Of a DNA stretch of 64,000 bases, positions 1-14,231 are shown in pieces. The notes beneath the pieces are model-generated. The model did not search any database. It saw only the letters and a program-made list of their open reading frames with translations, and had not been told where the DNA came from. This stretch comes from Octopus vulgaris (lineage: Eukaryota). The DNA lies in NCBI GenBank assembly GCA_951406725.2, contig OX597830.1:19034001-19098000 (forward strand), written 5' to 3'. Both the position numbers and the translations under genes were made by a program. Positions within the stretch are counted from its first letter, which is position 1; each line of letters opens with the position of its first letter.

Positions 1-703
1 GTGTGTTTACGTCGCCGTAACTTAGCGGTTCGGTAAAAGAGACCGATAGAATAAGTACTAGGCTTCCAAAGAATAAGTCCTGGGGTCGATTTGCTCGACT
101 AAAGGCGGTGCTCCAGCATGGCCACAGTCAAATGACTGAAACAAGTAAAAGAGTAAAAGAGAGTAAAGAGTAACTATAGCAACACAAATACTAACCCTAT
201 ACAGTCACAATAATTATGTTCTGAACATCAAACAAAATTTTTAATAAAACAGTGTACGTTGTGTTCGTTTTCTTTCAGTTCTATGTTTACCTGTACGAGG
301 TGTGTGCTTGTCTGTGCATGTGTACTTTTAATGTTCTCAGGGAGATTCAGTGTGACACAGATTGTAACAAGGTTCGTCCTTTGGAATACGGGCACAACTG
401 AAGCAATGTGAAATAAAGTGTCTTGCTCACAGGCACCGCTGGGAATTGAACTCACAACCTCATGATCGTAAGCTGAATATCTTAACTATTAAGTCGTATG
501 CCTCCACTTCTATACAACTATTAACCTATTAATATAGGAAATGCAAAATTGTTAGCTAAAAAGGTATTAATATTACAATGTATTCTTGTTCTCCTCATGC
601 AAGCACACACCTCATATCTTTACAGTATCATTGTTATATTCCAAACTGATACAAAATGCTCTGTTGCTTATTTGGGAACCTGGACATTATTTTAGTTCAT
701 TAA

Positions 704-2484
704 CCCTTTTGTTATTGTATTTATTTTGAGATGCTCTGTGTTTCTTTCAATCACTTTAAATATAACAAAGAATTTTGTAAAATAACTTAGTTATCATTAA
801 GCTAGTGTAAGGAACATAAATTGTGACTAAGGTTTGGTGGAAGATTTCAATTATTTTAAATATAACAAAGAATTTTGTAAAATAACTTAGTTATCATTAA
901 GCTAGTGTTAGGAACATAAATTGTGGCTAAGGTTTGGTGGAAGATTTCAATTATTTTAAATATAACAAAGAATTTTGTAAAATAACTTAGTTATCATTAA
1001 GCTAGTGTTAGGAACATAAATTGTGACTAAGGTTTGGTGGAAGATTTCAATTATTTTAAATATAACAAAGAATTTTGTAAAATAACTTAGTTATCATTAA
1101 GCTAGTGTTAGGAACATAAATTGTGGCTAAGGTTTGGTGGAAGATTTCAATTATTTAAAATATAACAAAGAATTTTGTAAAATAACTTAGTTATCATTAA
1201 GCTAGTGTTAGGAACATAAATTGTGACTAAGGTTTGGTGGAAGGTTTCAATTATTTTAAATATAACAAAGAATTTTGTAAAATAACTTAGTTATCTTTAA
1301 GCTAGTGTTGGGAACATAAATTGTGACTAAGGTTTGGTGGAAGATTTCAATTATTCCATCAATTACTTTAAATATAACAAAGAAGTTTGTAAAATAACTT
1401 AGTTATCTTTAAGCTAGTGTTGGGAACATAAATTGTGACTAAGGTTTGGTGGAAGATTTCAATTATTCCATCAATTACTTTAAATATAACAAAGAATTTT
1501 GTAAAATAACTTAGTTATCATTAAGCTAGTGTTAGGAACATAAATTGTGGCTAAGGTTTGGTGGAAGATTTCAATTATTCTAAATATAACAAAGAATTTT
1601 GTAAAATAACTTAGTTATCATTAAGCTAGTGTTAGGAACATAAATTGTGACTAAGGTTTGGTGGAAGATTTCAATTATTTTAAATATAACAAAGAATTTT
1701 GTAAAATAACTTAGTTATCATTAAGCTAGTGTTAGGAACATAAATTGTGACTAAGGTTTGGTGGAAGATTTCAATTATTTTAAATATAACAAAGAATTTT
1801 GTAAAATAACTTAGTTATCATTAAGCTAGTGTTAGGAACATAAATTGTGACTAAGGTTTGGTGGAAGATTTCAATTATTTTAAATATAACAAAGAATTTT
1901 GTAAAATAACTTAGTTATCATTAAGCTAGTGTTAGGAACATAAATTGTGACTAAGGTTTGGTGGAAGATTTCAATTATTCCATCAATTACTTTAAATATA
2001 ACAAAGAAGTTTGTAAAATAACTTAGTTATCTTTAAGCTAGTGTTGGGAACATAAATTGTGACTAAGGTTTGGTGGAAGATTTCAATTATTCCATCAATT
2101 ACTTTAAATGTAACAAAGAATTTTGTAAAATAACTTAGTTATCATTAAGCTAGTGTTAGGAACATAAATTGTGGCTAAGGTTTGGTGGAAGATTTCAATT
2201 ATTTTAAATATAACAAAGAATTTTGTAAAATAACTTAGTTATCTTTAAGCTAGTGTTGGGAACATAAATTGTGACTAAGGTTTGGTGGAAGATTTCAATT
2301 ATTCCATCAATTACTTTAAATATAACAAAGAATTTTGTAAAATAACTTAGTTATCTTTAAGCTAGTGTTAGGAACGTAAATTGTGACTAAGGTTTGGTAG
2401 AAGATTTTAATTCAAAACTTATGAAAACAAGACATTTGTACTACAGAGCCAGAGCTGGTTTCAGCCAGGTTGGTAACAAAGGTG
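704..2484. mobile_element. piggyBac-type MITE (TTAA...TTAA) carrying an internal satellite
   Basis: ttaa|ccctttt-gtta ... taacaaaggtg|ttaa imperfect TIRs; related short copies at ~37464-37695 and ~59150-59618. Confidence 0.65.
750..2412. repeat. Tandem array of 16 units, 100 bp with 112-bp variants
   Basis: TATAACAAAG anchor at 761, 861, 961, 1061, 1161, 1261, 1373, 1485, 1585, 1685, 1785, 1885, 1997, 2109 (TGTAAC variant), 2209, 2321. Confidence 0.97.
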
Positions 2485-5400
2485 TTAAGTATTTTTTCCA
2501 GTGCTCTGCTGATTATGTCACCCACTCATTTTTCTATAAACATTCTATATTTTTGTTGTTCTGGTTGTTATTGTTTAGTCTCTAGGTCAGCCCTGATTGA
2601 GCAGGCATATAATCAAAGCCTTTCCAGCTGTGACCATCTCATCTTTCTGTATCTTTGGGACTACATTGTCCGCTCTGTTTTCCTTTCCTTAAAACAATTG
2701 GTTGTGATTTGAGGGAGTTTTGGCTGCTATGTAACGGGGGCTGCCTTCTCAGCTGTTGCTGTTACTGTTGATGTCTTTCATTATTGTAGGGTTGGAATGG
2801 GGTGTTAATATTATACCTGCCCTGCAATGACTTGATGGTGGCAAAGGATTTCCTGTTTCTTATATTTGTTTTAGGGAATATTTTATGTCACATTGACACT
2901 TCAGAACCTGATGACAAACCACAAAAAGTTAGCATTCCTTAAGAATCAGCAAAATTTCTGTGACTATGTGCCAACATGGGAAAAGTAAACATTAAGTCAA
3001 GAATGTTGATGACAGTGCCAGATATGGTGGTAATGACGGTGAGGATAGTTTAGTATCCAGTTCTTATTCTATAAACACACTTCCTGAATTACTGAATTTC
3101 TGTTCAGTTAACTCCATAATCATGTTGTTATATTATATTAAAGACTTTATGCTGTTTACTGAACTTTCTTCCTTAAACTTTTTTAGCATTAACTTAAACT
3201 TATTATTATTATTATTATTATTAGTTTTTCTTCTTCTTTCAATTTTGTTTTCGTTTCTTGCAGAGTGTCTTTCTGACACGAAGGGTAAAAAAAATTCACT
3301 GTATACATTAATGAGCCATTAAAATAAACACACCAGATTGTTCATTTACATATTGGGTCTATAGTAGAACCCAAAATCTCATGATTAGGAAGCAAACTTC
3401 TTAACCATACAGTCATGCCTGTGCCTACTTCACTAGAGAAATTAATGTCTTCTATCTTCTCCTTCAGCTTTTCTCCATCATTGATCTCTCTGCCTCCAAA
3501 ATTGGTTTGTCTTCAGACTTTTACTTTAACCAACCAATGCTTCTCACACTCTGAACTAAATTATCATTATTGTCTAATTACCTTCATGAAGAGTTACATT
3601 AATCTTTATAAATTACTATTATTATTATCGCTAATAATAATAATAGTAGTAATAATAATCTTTTCTACTCTAGGCACAAGGCCCGAAATTTTGGGGGAGG
3701 GGGCCAGTTGATAAGATCAACCCCTGTATGCAATTGGTATTTAATTTATCAATCCTGGAGGGATAAAAGGCAAAGTCAACCTCGGTGGAATTTGAACTCA
3801 GAACATAAAGACAGATGAAATACTGCTAAACATTTCGCCCAGTGTGCTAATGTTTCTGCCAGCTCTCTACTTTAATAACTATAATAATTATAATAAATAA
3901 TGATAATGATAATAAAGGTGGGGAGTTGGCAGAATCGTTAGCATGCCGGGTGAAATGCTTAGCAGTATTTTGTCTGCTGCTATGTTCTGAGTTCAAATTC
4001 CACTGAGGTCAACTTTGCCTTTCATCGATAAATTAAGTACCAGTTGCATACTGGGGTCAGTCTAATCGACTGGCTCCCTCCACCAAAATTTCAGACCTTG
4101 TGCCTGTAGTATAAAGGATTATTATTATTTACTTTTATTCTGCATGTTTGTTACAATCACTCACCAAGACACACCCAGTATCCTAGGGTGAGTGAAGGAC
4201 AAAAGATGTTACAGTATGACTGAAAGCTTGGGGAGGGCAAGTGACAGTGGCAGTAGCAAAATATCTTCATGTAATACAACATATACATTTAAATTGATAG
4301 GGTTTTTCTAAGGATGTGGGTAGTACTTGTCAGCACAATCTTTTGGATTTTTCTGAGATATGGTTCTCCTGGGATATTATCAAGATGTTTCCGACATCCC
4401 TTTCTTATCATACCAAGAGCACCCACAATAACTGGAACAGTTATTGGTCAAGGATTCTGGATTATTTTTCCGTTTTTTTTTTTTTCTACTTAATTTTCAA
4501 GAGTGGCCAGGTTCATTTTTAGTATTCCCGTTTGTGAGAGCAGTTGAGTTTATTTCAGATATTCTCATTTTAAAAATCATCTCTGGCTAATCATTGAGAG
4601 GACGTTGGTATTGCCTTGGCAGAGGTTTGCGCTCTCTGAGTGCTCTTATTATTGTTATTATTTTAAATCATTAGAAAGAATAAAGGAAGACAATGGTGAT
4701 TTAATTCTACTTTTCACAGAATTAATCTCCCAGGAAATCCATAAATGTTTCCTGTGTTTCAAAGTATTTATGGAAAAGAATCATTGCCACAAATTCCCTT
4801 TTGTGATGTTGCAAATCTCATCATATCAAATATATCTGATTAGTTTTTCTCCTCAGAATCACTAGTCAGATGATACCATAGTGAACAAAATAAATAGGAG
4901 TGGTAAGTAGCTTGCTTACCAACCATATGATTCCGGGTTCAGTCCCACTGCGTGGCACCTTGGGCAAGTGTCTTCTACTATAGCCTCGGGCCAACCAAAG
5001 CCTTGTGAGTGGATTTGGTAGATGGAAACTCAAAGAAGCCCGTCGTATATATGTATATATATGTATGTGTGTATGTTTGTGCGCATGTTTGTCCCCCTAG
5101 CACTGCTTGACAACCGATGCTGGTATGTTTATGTCCCCCATCACTTAGCAATTCGGCAAAGACACCGATAGAATAAGTACTGGGCTTACGAAGAATAAGT
5201 CCCGGGGTCAATTTGCTCAAGTAAATGCAGTGCTCCAGCATGGCCACAGTCAAATGACTGAAACAAGTAAAAGGTTAAATTATTAAATAAAAGACATAAG
5301 TTAAAATTATCTTTTGAGAACATCACTCAAACCATTTTTCTCTCATTCAAAGTGTTATTTGTTAAATATTCCTTCCTTGTAGAAAGCAAAAATAACTCAG

Positions 5401-6777
5401 CAAAAGTTGTTTATTTCTTGGAGCTAATCTTTCTTTTTCACAAAAAAGTGAATTTTCCTTTCTCCAAAATTCCTTCTATCACAATCATACTTATTTTTAC
5501 CAATTCCCAATCTTCCTTCATCTCAAACCTTCACTCTTCTTTATATTTTCTTTATTCCTCCGAGCTGTTGACTTCCTTCATTTCTTAAACATCTTTCACA
5601 TAATATTTCCATCCTTGTCTGAAATCTTTTTCCTTAAAACTACTTCAACCCCTCTTAAAACTCCTGCTCTTGCCATCCCACCCATCTTCTGCCATCTGTT
5701 ATTGTTCCTGATCCTTTTTAATTATATTATTCACAAGTTGACAGAAGCATTAACTTATTGAGCAAAAGTGCTTAGCCACATTTCGTCCGTCCTCACATTC
5801 TGAGTTCAAATTCCACCACGGACGACTTTGCCTTTCATCCTTTCAAGGTTGACAAAATAAGCACCAGTTTGGGGTTGACCTAACTGACTTAGCCCCTCCC
5901 CCAGAATTACTGGCTTTGTGCCAAAATTTGAAATCAGTATTATTCCCAAGCTACATTAATGGTCTTCTTCTTTTGTTCTTTTGGCTGAATCCCCCCCGGT
6001 GTCTTAATAAAAAAAATTTTTTTCTTCTCTAACAAATTCTACAAACACTTCATTATACTGTTGATTAATTGTAAATATTTTTTGTTACAAATTATGGAAA
6101 TAAACTCTACCAAAATTGGAATTATTTGTAAATAATCTGTTGTTGTCATTGTTTTTCTTTTGTTTTATTGATTTCTTTGATCACATTGTTAACAAAATCT
6201 TAACTGTTTTTGATTCTGAAATAAGACTCATAATGGAGTACTGCACACACTTTAGACAGCACAAACATTTTACACCAGAAAATCATTTAACTGTAAAAAT
6301 TGTAATATATATATATGGCACTCCGACGGTTACAACGACGAGGGTTCCAGTTGATCCGATCAACGGAAGTACCCCTTTGAAATACAGGAAGAATAGGAAC
6401 AGGAAGAAAGAGTCAGACAAAGTTGTGGTGAAAATAAACACTTACAACGCTCAGTCTGGGAATTGAAACTGCATTCCTACGACAGCGAGTCTGCTGCTCT
6501 AACCACCTGGCCATTGCGCCTCCACATAAGTCATTTAACTAGTTATATGTTGGCCTAAAGAGGAGACTAATAAATCTCAAAAGCATTCCTTGTGTTGTGA
6601 TAACATGACTTGCTGAAAATGGTTGGGGTTATAATCTCAAAATTCAGTAACCTTCTATCTCATGTGTCTCCTCTTGTTCTGCTTATTCCAATAGAATCGC
6701 TGATGAGGTTACAGGATGTGTGACAAAACAGCTCTGACAAAGAAACCCCAATATTATTCTCCACCAATAAGTACTAA

Positions 6778-7081
6778 TCTTTATATATAAAACTGAAGTT
6801 GCGTGTGTGTCTGTCTTCTCCGATTTAGATTCCTAACTACTCCCACATTTTGCGGTGCAGTTGAAACAAAAGTGGGTATCTTATAGTCGTGATTCATATC
6901 GAGCCCTTCTGGGTATTAGCGCGCGTCTACAATGAGTCTACGATTTAAAAAAGAATTTACCATAATTTTTCCGCATTTTTAATGCATTTTTTGCTCGGTT
7001 TATATAAGGGAAGTAACTCTCTAAAATGCTTATATAGTTATTTCCCTTACAAACCCAAGCAACGCCGGGTGATACTGCTAG
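6778..7081 (+). mobile_element. Non-autonomous Helitron
   Basis: A|TCTTTATATATAAA 5' end; 3' CCC..GC..GC.GGG hairpin then CTAG|T; AT target, no TSD. Confidence 0.8.
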
Positions 7082-7569
7082 TAAGCTTATAAATATGTTT
7101 TTAAGTACTGGTTATTTTCAAGGTAGTCAAAGGAGTGGAAAGAGCAATGCCTATGAAGCTTGTGGTCCCTTCCAGACTGCTAGGAACTGATGTAGTTGAT
7201 GATCATTTTGAATATCTGTTGGTCAGTGTCAATGGTGCATGAAAAAGAAAGAAAAGCAGGGATGGGAGGAATATGAGCATGGCACAGTTCTAAAGAGGCT
7301 GGATTGAGGGAAGTGCTTAGTGTGAGACCTAGGAGGTGAGGCAGTAATTGTGGTGGAAGTTAATAATGTAGCTAGCTAGTCAAGGGGGACATAGGTTGTT
7401 ATAGTTGTGAGCAAGTGTCTGAATATTGCCGAAAGACTAATTTTTTTGCACTTAGACACATACGCATGCGTGCGCGACAGATTTCCTTTCAGTTTCTGTC
7501 AACAAAATCCACTCACAAGACTTTGGTAGGCCTGAAGAAGATACTTGCCCAAGACTAAAACTAATATGT

Positions 7570-7990
7570 GTACATATTACACAAATGGGCTGTGACTGCT
7601 GGGGATATGCATAGGCTTGAAAGAAATGAAGCTAGTATGATCCGCAGGATGTGTAATGTCAGTGTGCATACATGACAGAGTGTAAGTGCCCTGAGAGAAA
7701 AGATGAACATAAGAAGCATCAGATGTGGTGTGCAAGAGAGACGACTGCACTGGTATGATCATGTGTTGTGTATGGATAAAGACAGCTGTGTGAAGAAGTG
7801 TCACACCATAACAGTGGAGGGAACTTGTGAAAGAGATAGACCCAGGAAGACATGGGATGAGATGGTGAATCATGACCTTTGAACGTTGGGCCTCACAGAG
7901 GCAATGACAAGTGATTGAGACCTTTGGAGATATACTGTGTTTGAGAAGACTCAGCAAGCCAAGTGAGATCATAGCTGTAGCTGACCCATT
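7570..7990 (+). mobile_element. RTE-clade LINE 3' fragment
   Basis: degenerate C-terminal motif RRLHWYDHVL.MD...VEG....RPRKTW. Confidence 0.75.
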
Positions 7991-9803
7991 TAAAGGTACC
8001 CCTTCAATTGTCGAACAATATGCTGTGCTTGAGAAGACCTGTTGATCCAAGTGAAATCGTAGTCATGGGAACAATTATAAAATAACAAGGGTGGCTCGAT
8101 GTAATATAAAACAAAAAAGGGAAAATTCAGGTGTCACTACTAGCATGTTTGTTCCTTCACAAGCCATGCCTGGCTCATTAGGGCTGGTTTCCTTGGTGTA
8201 TAGGTTCCCCACCTGGACAGGATGCAGGAGGAAAGAGCGAGAGAAAGCTGTGGTGAAAGAGTCAGCAGAAGTTCGCCATTACCTTCTGCTGGAGCCACAT
8301 GGAGCTTAGGTGTTTCGCTCATAAGCACACACATCGCCCGGTCTGAGATTCGAACCTGCGATCTCTCGACCATGAGTCCGCTGCTCTAACCACTAGGCCA
8401 TGTGCCTCCACACTAATAGTATAAAGTTGCATATATAGACATTAACAACATACTTACAAATAAGCAATAATAAAAAATGCACACCAGGTATGTTTTTAAT
8501 TGTGGTATATATGAAATTTTATTTATTTATTTATAATAATAGCCTTCAAAATTGTTTCACAAAAATACAAAATATCTGCAACAGCTATAAAAGTTCAAAC
8601 ACTTAAATTGAGGCTGAATTACTCGGTGAGAAGATATAAACACAAAAATATATGACTATAATAACTAAATATAACATAATCTTCCAAAAGTGACGAAATA
8701 TAATAATAATTTTTTCAAAAGTGTAAAATTGCCAAAAAAATGGATTGATAAAGAAAAAATTACATTGAATGAAACAACCTTATTTTGTAAATATATTATA
8801 TATTTTTGGTCAAATAAAAAAATATTTAAAACAATTTAGATTCTATTCCTTATCAAGTGCCTTGTTATTATTTATCTCCAGCTGGCTATAAGATCAAGTA
8901 AATCTATTTATGATCAAAGAGATATTCAAGCCATAACAAACCAGTCATATTCTCAAGAATAGTGTACGACGGATTACATTAATTAATATGCCTTTCTTTT
9001 TTTCGAAGGCAGCAAGGTGAGATTCAAAGGAAAGTTTGCTGCTATTTCTAGCAAAGTGAGCAATCTTATAAGGTCTGTCTTGCTGGTTTGTTAAACACCA
9101 TGTGATTAACTACATGTGCTTAGGATAGGATTGAACTGACATATTTTTATTCTATACAGGGTTCCCACAGTCTTACCCACTAGTATTACCACACTTATAA
9201 TTAACACAACCTGGGGTATATAAACCTATATATGGTACTTGATGCTTAAATGGAAACTAAAAAGCATTACAAATGTTTGGTTTTTTTAGTGAGAATAACA
9301 AGCAAAAATTTAAAAGCACAAATGAAGTCCACAGTTTGAAGAAAATAGAAAAGAATAAAATAATTTTTTTAAAATTCACTTTATATATTTATTCTTATCA
9401 GTCCAAATATTAATCCATTTAAAAATTTAAAAGATAGCGAAAAAGAAATGTTTAAAAAAATATTAATTCAGTTTACATAGTTTTATCTGTACAAATATTG
9501 ATATACTTTAAAAAGTTTAAATATTGAAAAAAAGAGAAGATAAAAAAAATTATTTACTTGTGCATAAGTCACACAATTTTATACTTGATTTTAACTAAAA
9601 AATTTGGGGTGAGAGCTATAAACAGGATAAAGCTAAAACTGGAGGGAAAAAAAAAACTTTGTATCAATGCTTAACACTAAATTCTGAATGTAGATTATAC
9701 ACAAGTAAATACAGTGCTTATTTCTAATATTGTCACAAAGAATAAATTTTCATGAAGGATACAGACATTTAGATTGTTTCAGCTTTTGCTACAGTGTTAA
9801 TTC

Positions 9804-10088
9804 AGAGAAAAATTCCACTCTATAAACTTTGTGAGTAAAACCACATCAAACCAAGCTGCAGGTGACACTGCCAGTAGACTACCAGAAAGAGAGGGTGTCT
9901 TGTGATTTTGCTTCCTCAGTGACTGCTTTGTGTGCTTATATTAAATGATTCTAGCTTGATAAGGCAATATCTACCACTGAGGAGGTAAAATCATGTCAAA
10001 ACACAGTGTCTGGTTGTCTGCTGATATCACTTGGAGTTCAGCTCAATGTGGTTTTACAAACAAAGACTATAGAGAGAAATTTTTCTCT
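9804..10088. repeat. Long imperfect inverted repeat (~115-bp arms)
   Basis: AGAGAAAAATT/AATTTTTCTCT, GTAAAACCACAT/ATGTGGTTTTAC and TGATTTTGCTTCCTCAGTG/CACTGAGGAGGTAAAATCA, nested in register. Confidence 0.85.
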
Positions 10089-11148
10089 TGGGAGAAAATC
10101 CCACAGTAAATACATTTCAAATTCTGGGGTACAAGTGTGCATTGTAAATTAATATACATATCTTTCTTTATATACACATATACACATATGTTTAACCAGT
10201 TTTTAAAATATTACTATTAGGACGTGTGTTGCCAAAGACCACGTTTCTGGATTCACCTGTATCACATACTGGCTATAATATATGATAAAACCTTCTCAGT
10301 TTTTCTTTATTTGTTAAAACTTTGTAATGATAAAAAAATATATTCCTGTCAAAATATAACAAAAAAAAAAACGAAAAACAAAACAACTGACAGTTGTCAA
10401 CCATCTTCATTAATCCTCACAATATAATTCATAGATTAGTTTAACGTTTAAAATTCAAATAACAAATTGTAGATCAATCTTGTTTAACATGGTGTATATA
10501 TGACTCCTTTTGTTCATGACTGACCATGGGATTGCACCTAGAAAGTTCTCCTCAGAGGCACATGTTTGGGCAAGGTTGTTTATGGAAGACCAGCAGTTGC
10601 CCATGCATACCAGCCTTCCCTCTCCATGTCATCAATGTTATCCAAGGGAAAGGCAAAGGGGCTGATACAGCTTGGCACTAGTGGCATCACAACTCATTTC
10701 TGCAACCGAGTGAATTGGAGCAACGTCAAATAAAGTGTCTTACTCAAGAACACAACACACAGCCCAGTCTAGGAATTGAACTCACTACCTCATGATTGTG
10801 AGCCTGATGCTCTAACCACTGAGCCACATCAAAATAAATATCAAATGGAAATTGTAATTGTGATACCTGTAATTGTGATGCCAGCGCCGCGTTGACTGGC
10901 TTCTGTGTCAGTGGCACGTAAAATGCACCAACCGATCGTGGCCACTGCCAGCTCCCCTGGCACGTGTGCTGGTGGCATGTAAAAAGCACCCACTACACTC
11001 ATGGAGTGGTTGGCGTTAGGAAGGGCATCCAGCTGTAGAAACACTGCCAGATCAGACTGGAGCCTGGTGCAGCCTTCTGGCTTCCCAGACCCCGGTCGAA
11101 CTGTCCAACCCATGCTAGCACGGAAAACGGATGATGATGATGATGATG

Positions 11149-11180
<32 letters not shown>

Positions 11181-13109
11181 ATATATATATAGTATAAAAG
11201 TTTATACAGAAAGAAAGATGACAAAGGAACACAATGGAAACAGGAAAAAAGACACAAAAAAGACATGGACATGCTCATCCCTCCATTATTGATAAACTTG
11301 TTCATTTTGGTGGTGTTAATGGCAGAATGCTTTTGGGGTAAGTGAGTGGATACAAGGAACAGAATGATTCAAGTACAAAATAAAAAGATGATGTCTGATG
11401 ACTGAACAGGAAAGTATACAGAAAACGAAAAAATAAGGATGGTAATGAAATCATAAATAAATTTACATATATACACTACATGAACACACACACACACATG
11501 TAGCAAATGGCTACCAACTTTCTCAGCTATGATTTGAAATCCCACAGCGTGGCACCTTGGGCAAGTGTCTTCTACTATAGCCTCGAGCCGACCAATGCCT
11601 TGTGAGTGGATTTGGAAGACGGAAACTGAAAGAAGCCCGTCGTATATATATATATATGTATGTGTGTGTGTTTGTGTGTTTGTGTTTGTCCTCCTAGCAT
11701 TGCTTGACAACCGATGCTGGTGTGTTTATGTCCCCGTTACTTAGTGGTTCGGCAAAAAGAGACCGATAGAATAAGTACTGGGCTTACAAAAGAATAAGTC
11801 CCGGGGTCGAGTTGCTCAATTAAAAGCGGTGCTCCAGCATGGCCGCAGTCAAATGGCTGAAACAAGTAAAAGAGTAAATCATCAGCCTATTGTTTTAGCC
11901 GGTTGCACTAAGAAATTTCTGTGAATAAGCTGACCCCTTTCTTGAGACATTCATTGGTCAAAGCTGATTAAGGAGTAAAAATCCTTTGTTTTTGCTTGAC
12001 CAGATTTAGTTATGAAGAATATAAATACACAACCAAATATCAGTCCACCTCTTTGGCAATTAGGTGCTTACCAGGAGCACTCATCTGTCTTTCTTCCTGT
12101 ATTGATGGAGAGACAATACCATTAGGCAAGGGACAATACAACTCTCACCATTTCTATCTGCCTTAACTCTCTTACCCTGTTACCTCTCTCTCTAGTAGTC
12201 ACAAAAACAAAACTAACAACTATCATACACAATGGGTTGGAAATCTACAAGTAACTTGGGTATACACAGACTACATAAAATTAGCTTCAATATTGTAATG
12301 GCGAATGTAATGATATAATTAAGTGGCCGGCTAAATAATTAATATCGTTCTTCAATTATTTATACGATGCATCAATACACATTGATTTTTATACTTGATG
12401 ACCGACTATCATATTTTCATTACGTATATCCCTCTCTCTCTTTCGGAGAGGCACTGAGCAGCTATATGCACACATACACACACGGCAGTAACTTCCACCT
12501 ACCGAATTCAATCACAAAGCTTCGGTCGGCTCAGGGCTATAGTGGAAGACACCTGCCCAAAGTGCCATGCAGTGGGACTGAACCTGAAACCATGTAACTA
12601 GGAAGCAAGCTCCCTAACCACACAGCCATGCCCGCTGATTTTTAAGAAAGGTTGAAGACCAAAAAGTTTTGGTGGGGCAGTGAAATTTTCATTATATTTC
12701 TCCCAGGACTAGACTGATACTTAGTTCATCATCTCTGGAAGGGTGGAAAGTGAAGCCAGCCATGGGTCAGAACATGAAGAAAAGAAATGAAATATCAATG
12801 CTCTTTTGATCCTGGTAATCCAACTTTCTATATATGTAATAATAATGATGGACTCTCTCATCAAAGATGACGTATGAGTGCTCAGTTTTTTGCCAGATGA
12901 CCTGTTCAAATGATTTGTTTATAGTGGTCAAATGTATGTGCTGTCCATCAAATGGACATTACTTGAACAGGTGCACAGTGTACTATGCGTCAGGTGTTGA
13001 AATGAAAAAGTGTTTTGCTCAAGAACACACCATACCACCTGGTCTAGGAATTGAAACCATGATCTTGTGATCATATGTGCAACACCCTAACCACTAGGCC
13101 ATAAGTCCT

Positions 13110-13158
<49 letters not shown>

Positions 13159-13177
13159 TGATAATAATAATAATAAA

Positions 13178-13417
13178 ATCCTTATTCAGGGACCTTTTGA
13201 GCGGGATGGGCTACTCGACCAGAAGAAAATCCTAACTGGGCCCCACCTGCAAGGTCATGTGCTGTTTATCTTGATATGAGATCACCATGTCGTGCACATA
13301 TGCTTGTGATGCATGTGCCTGGTGTACCCTTATCAGACTAGTAGTCATGATGGGTATACAGAGCTTCGTATATTTTACCCCAGTGTCACTTTGAATGCAT
13401 GCACTGCTCTCTCACTC
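13178..13417 (+). mobile_element. Short non-coding insert inside a (TAA)n tract (likely 3' end or SINE of a TAA-targeting retroelement)
   Basis: ~240-bp complex sequence flanked by (AAT)n at 13112-13177 and 13418-13473. Confidence 0.45.
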
Positions 13418-13474
<57 letters not shown>

Positions 13475-14156
13475 CAAACTATTCAAACAAAGCCAGCAAG
13501 TTCAGGGGCATGGGGTAAGTCAATTACATTGACCTCATTGATCAACTGATACTTATTTAATTGACTCCAAAAGGATGAAAGGCCAAGTCGACCTTGGTGG
13601 AATTTGAACTCAAAATACAAAAACGGATGAAATGCTGCAAAGAATTCTGCCAGCTCACCCATGGCAGCATGGACAACAGATGTTAAATTAATAATAATGA
13701 TGATGATGATGATGATGATGATGGTGATGATGATCATTTCTATTATAGGCTTGAAATTTAGGGGTATGGGGATAATCGATTCCATTGACCCCAGAACTCA
13801 ACTGGTGCTTATTTTACAGGCTATGGACGGATGAAAGGCAAGCTTAACCTTAGCAGAATATAAACTCAGAATGTGAAGACAGATAAAATGCCACAAAGGA
13901 TTTTGTCTGAGGCAGTAACAATTCTGCCAGTTTGCCACCTTAGGCTTCAAATTTTGACACAAGGCCAGCAATTCCAGGAGAGGAGATAAGTGAATTTCAT
14001 TGACCCCAGTGCTCAACTGGTACTTATTTTTATTGACCCTGAAAGGATGAAAGGTAAAGTCGACCTGGACAGAATTTGAACAGAGAAAACTAAAGATGGA
14101 AGAAATGTTATTAAATATTTTGCCTGCCAAACTAACAATTCTGCTAGCTCACTGCC

Positions 14157-14220
<64 letters not shown>

Positions 14221-14231
14221 TAATAATAATA

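Noticed and set aside
750-2412. CRISPR-like array
   Set aside because: Units are near-identical end to end with no unique spacers, the context is eukaryotic and there are no cas genes; it is a satellite
4490-4650. Helentron/HINE-like 3' end (CCTTGGCAGAGGTTTGCGCTCTCTGAGTGCT)
   Set aside because: No matching 5' subterminal inverted repeat found; too weak to call
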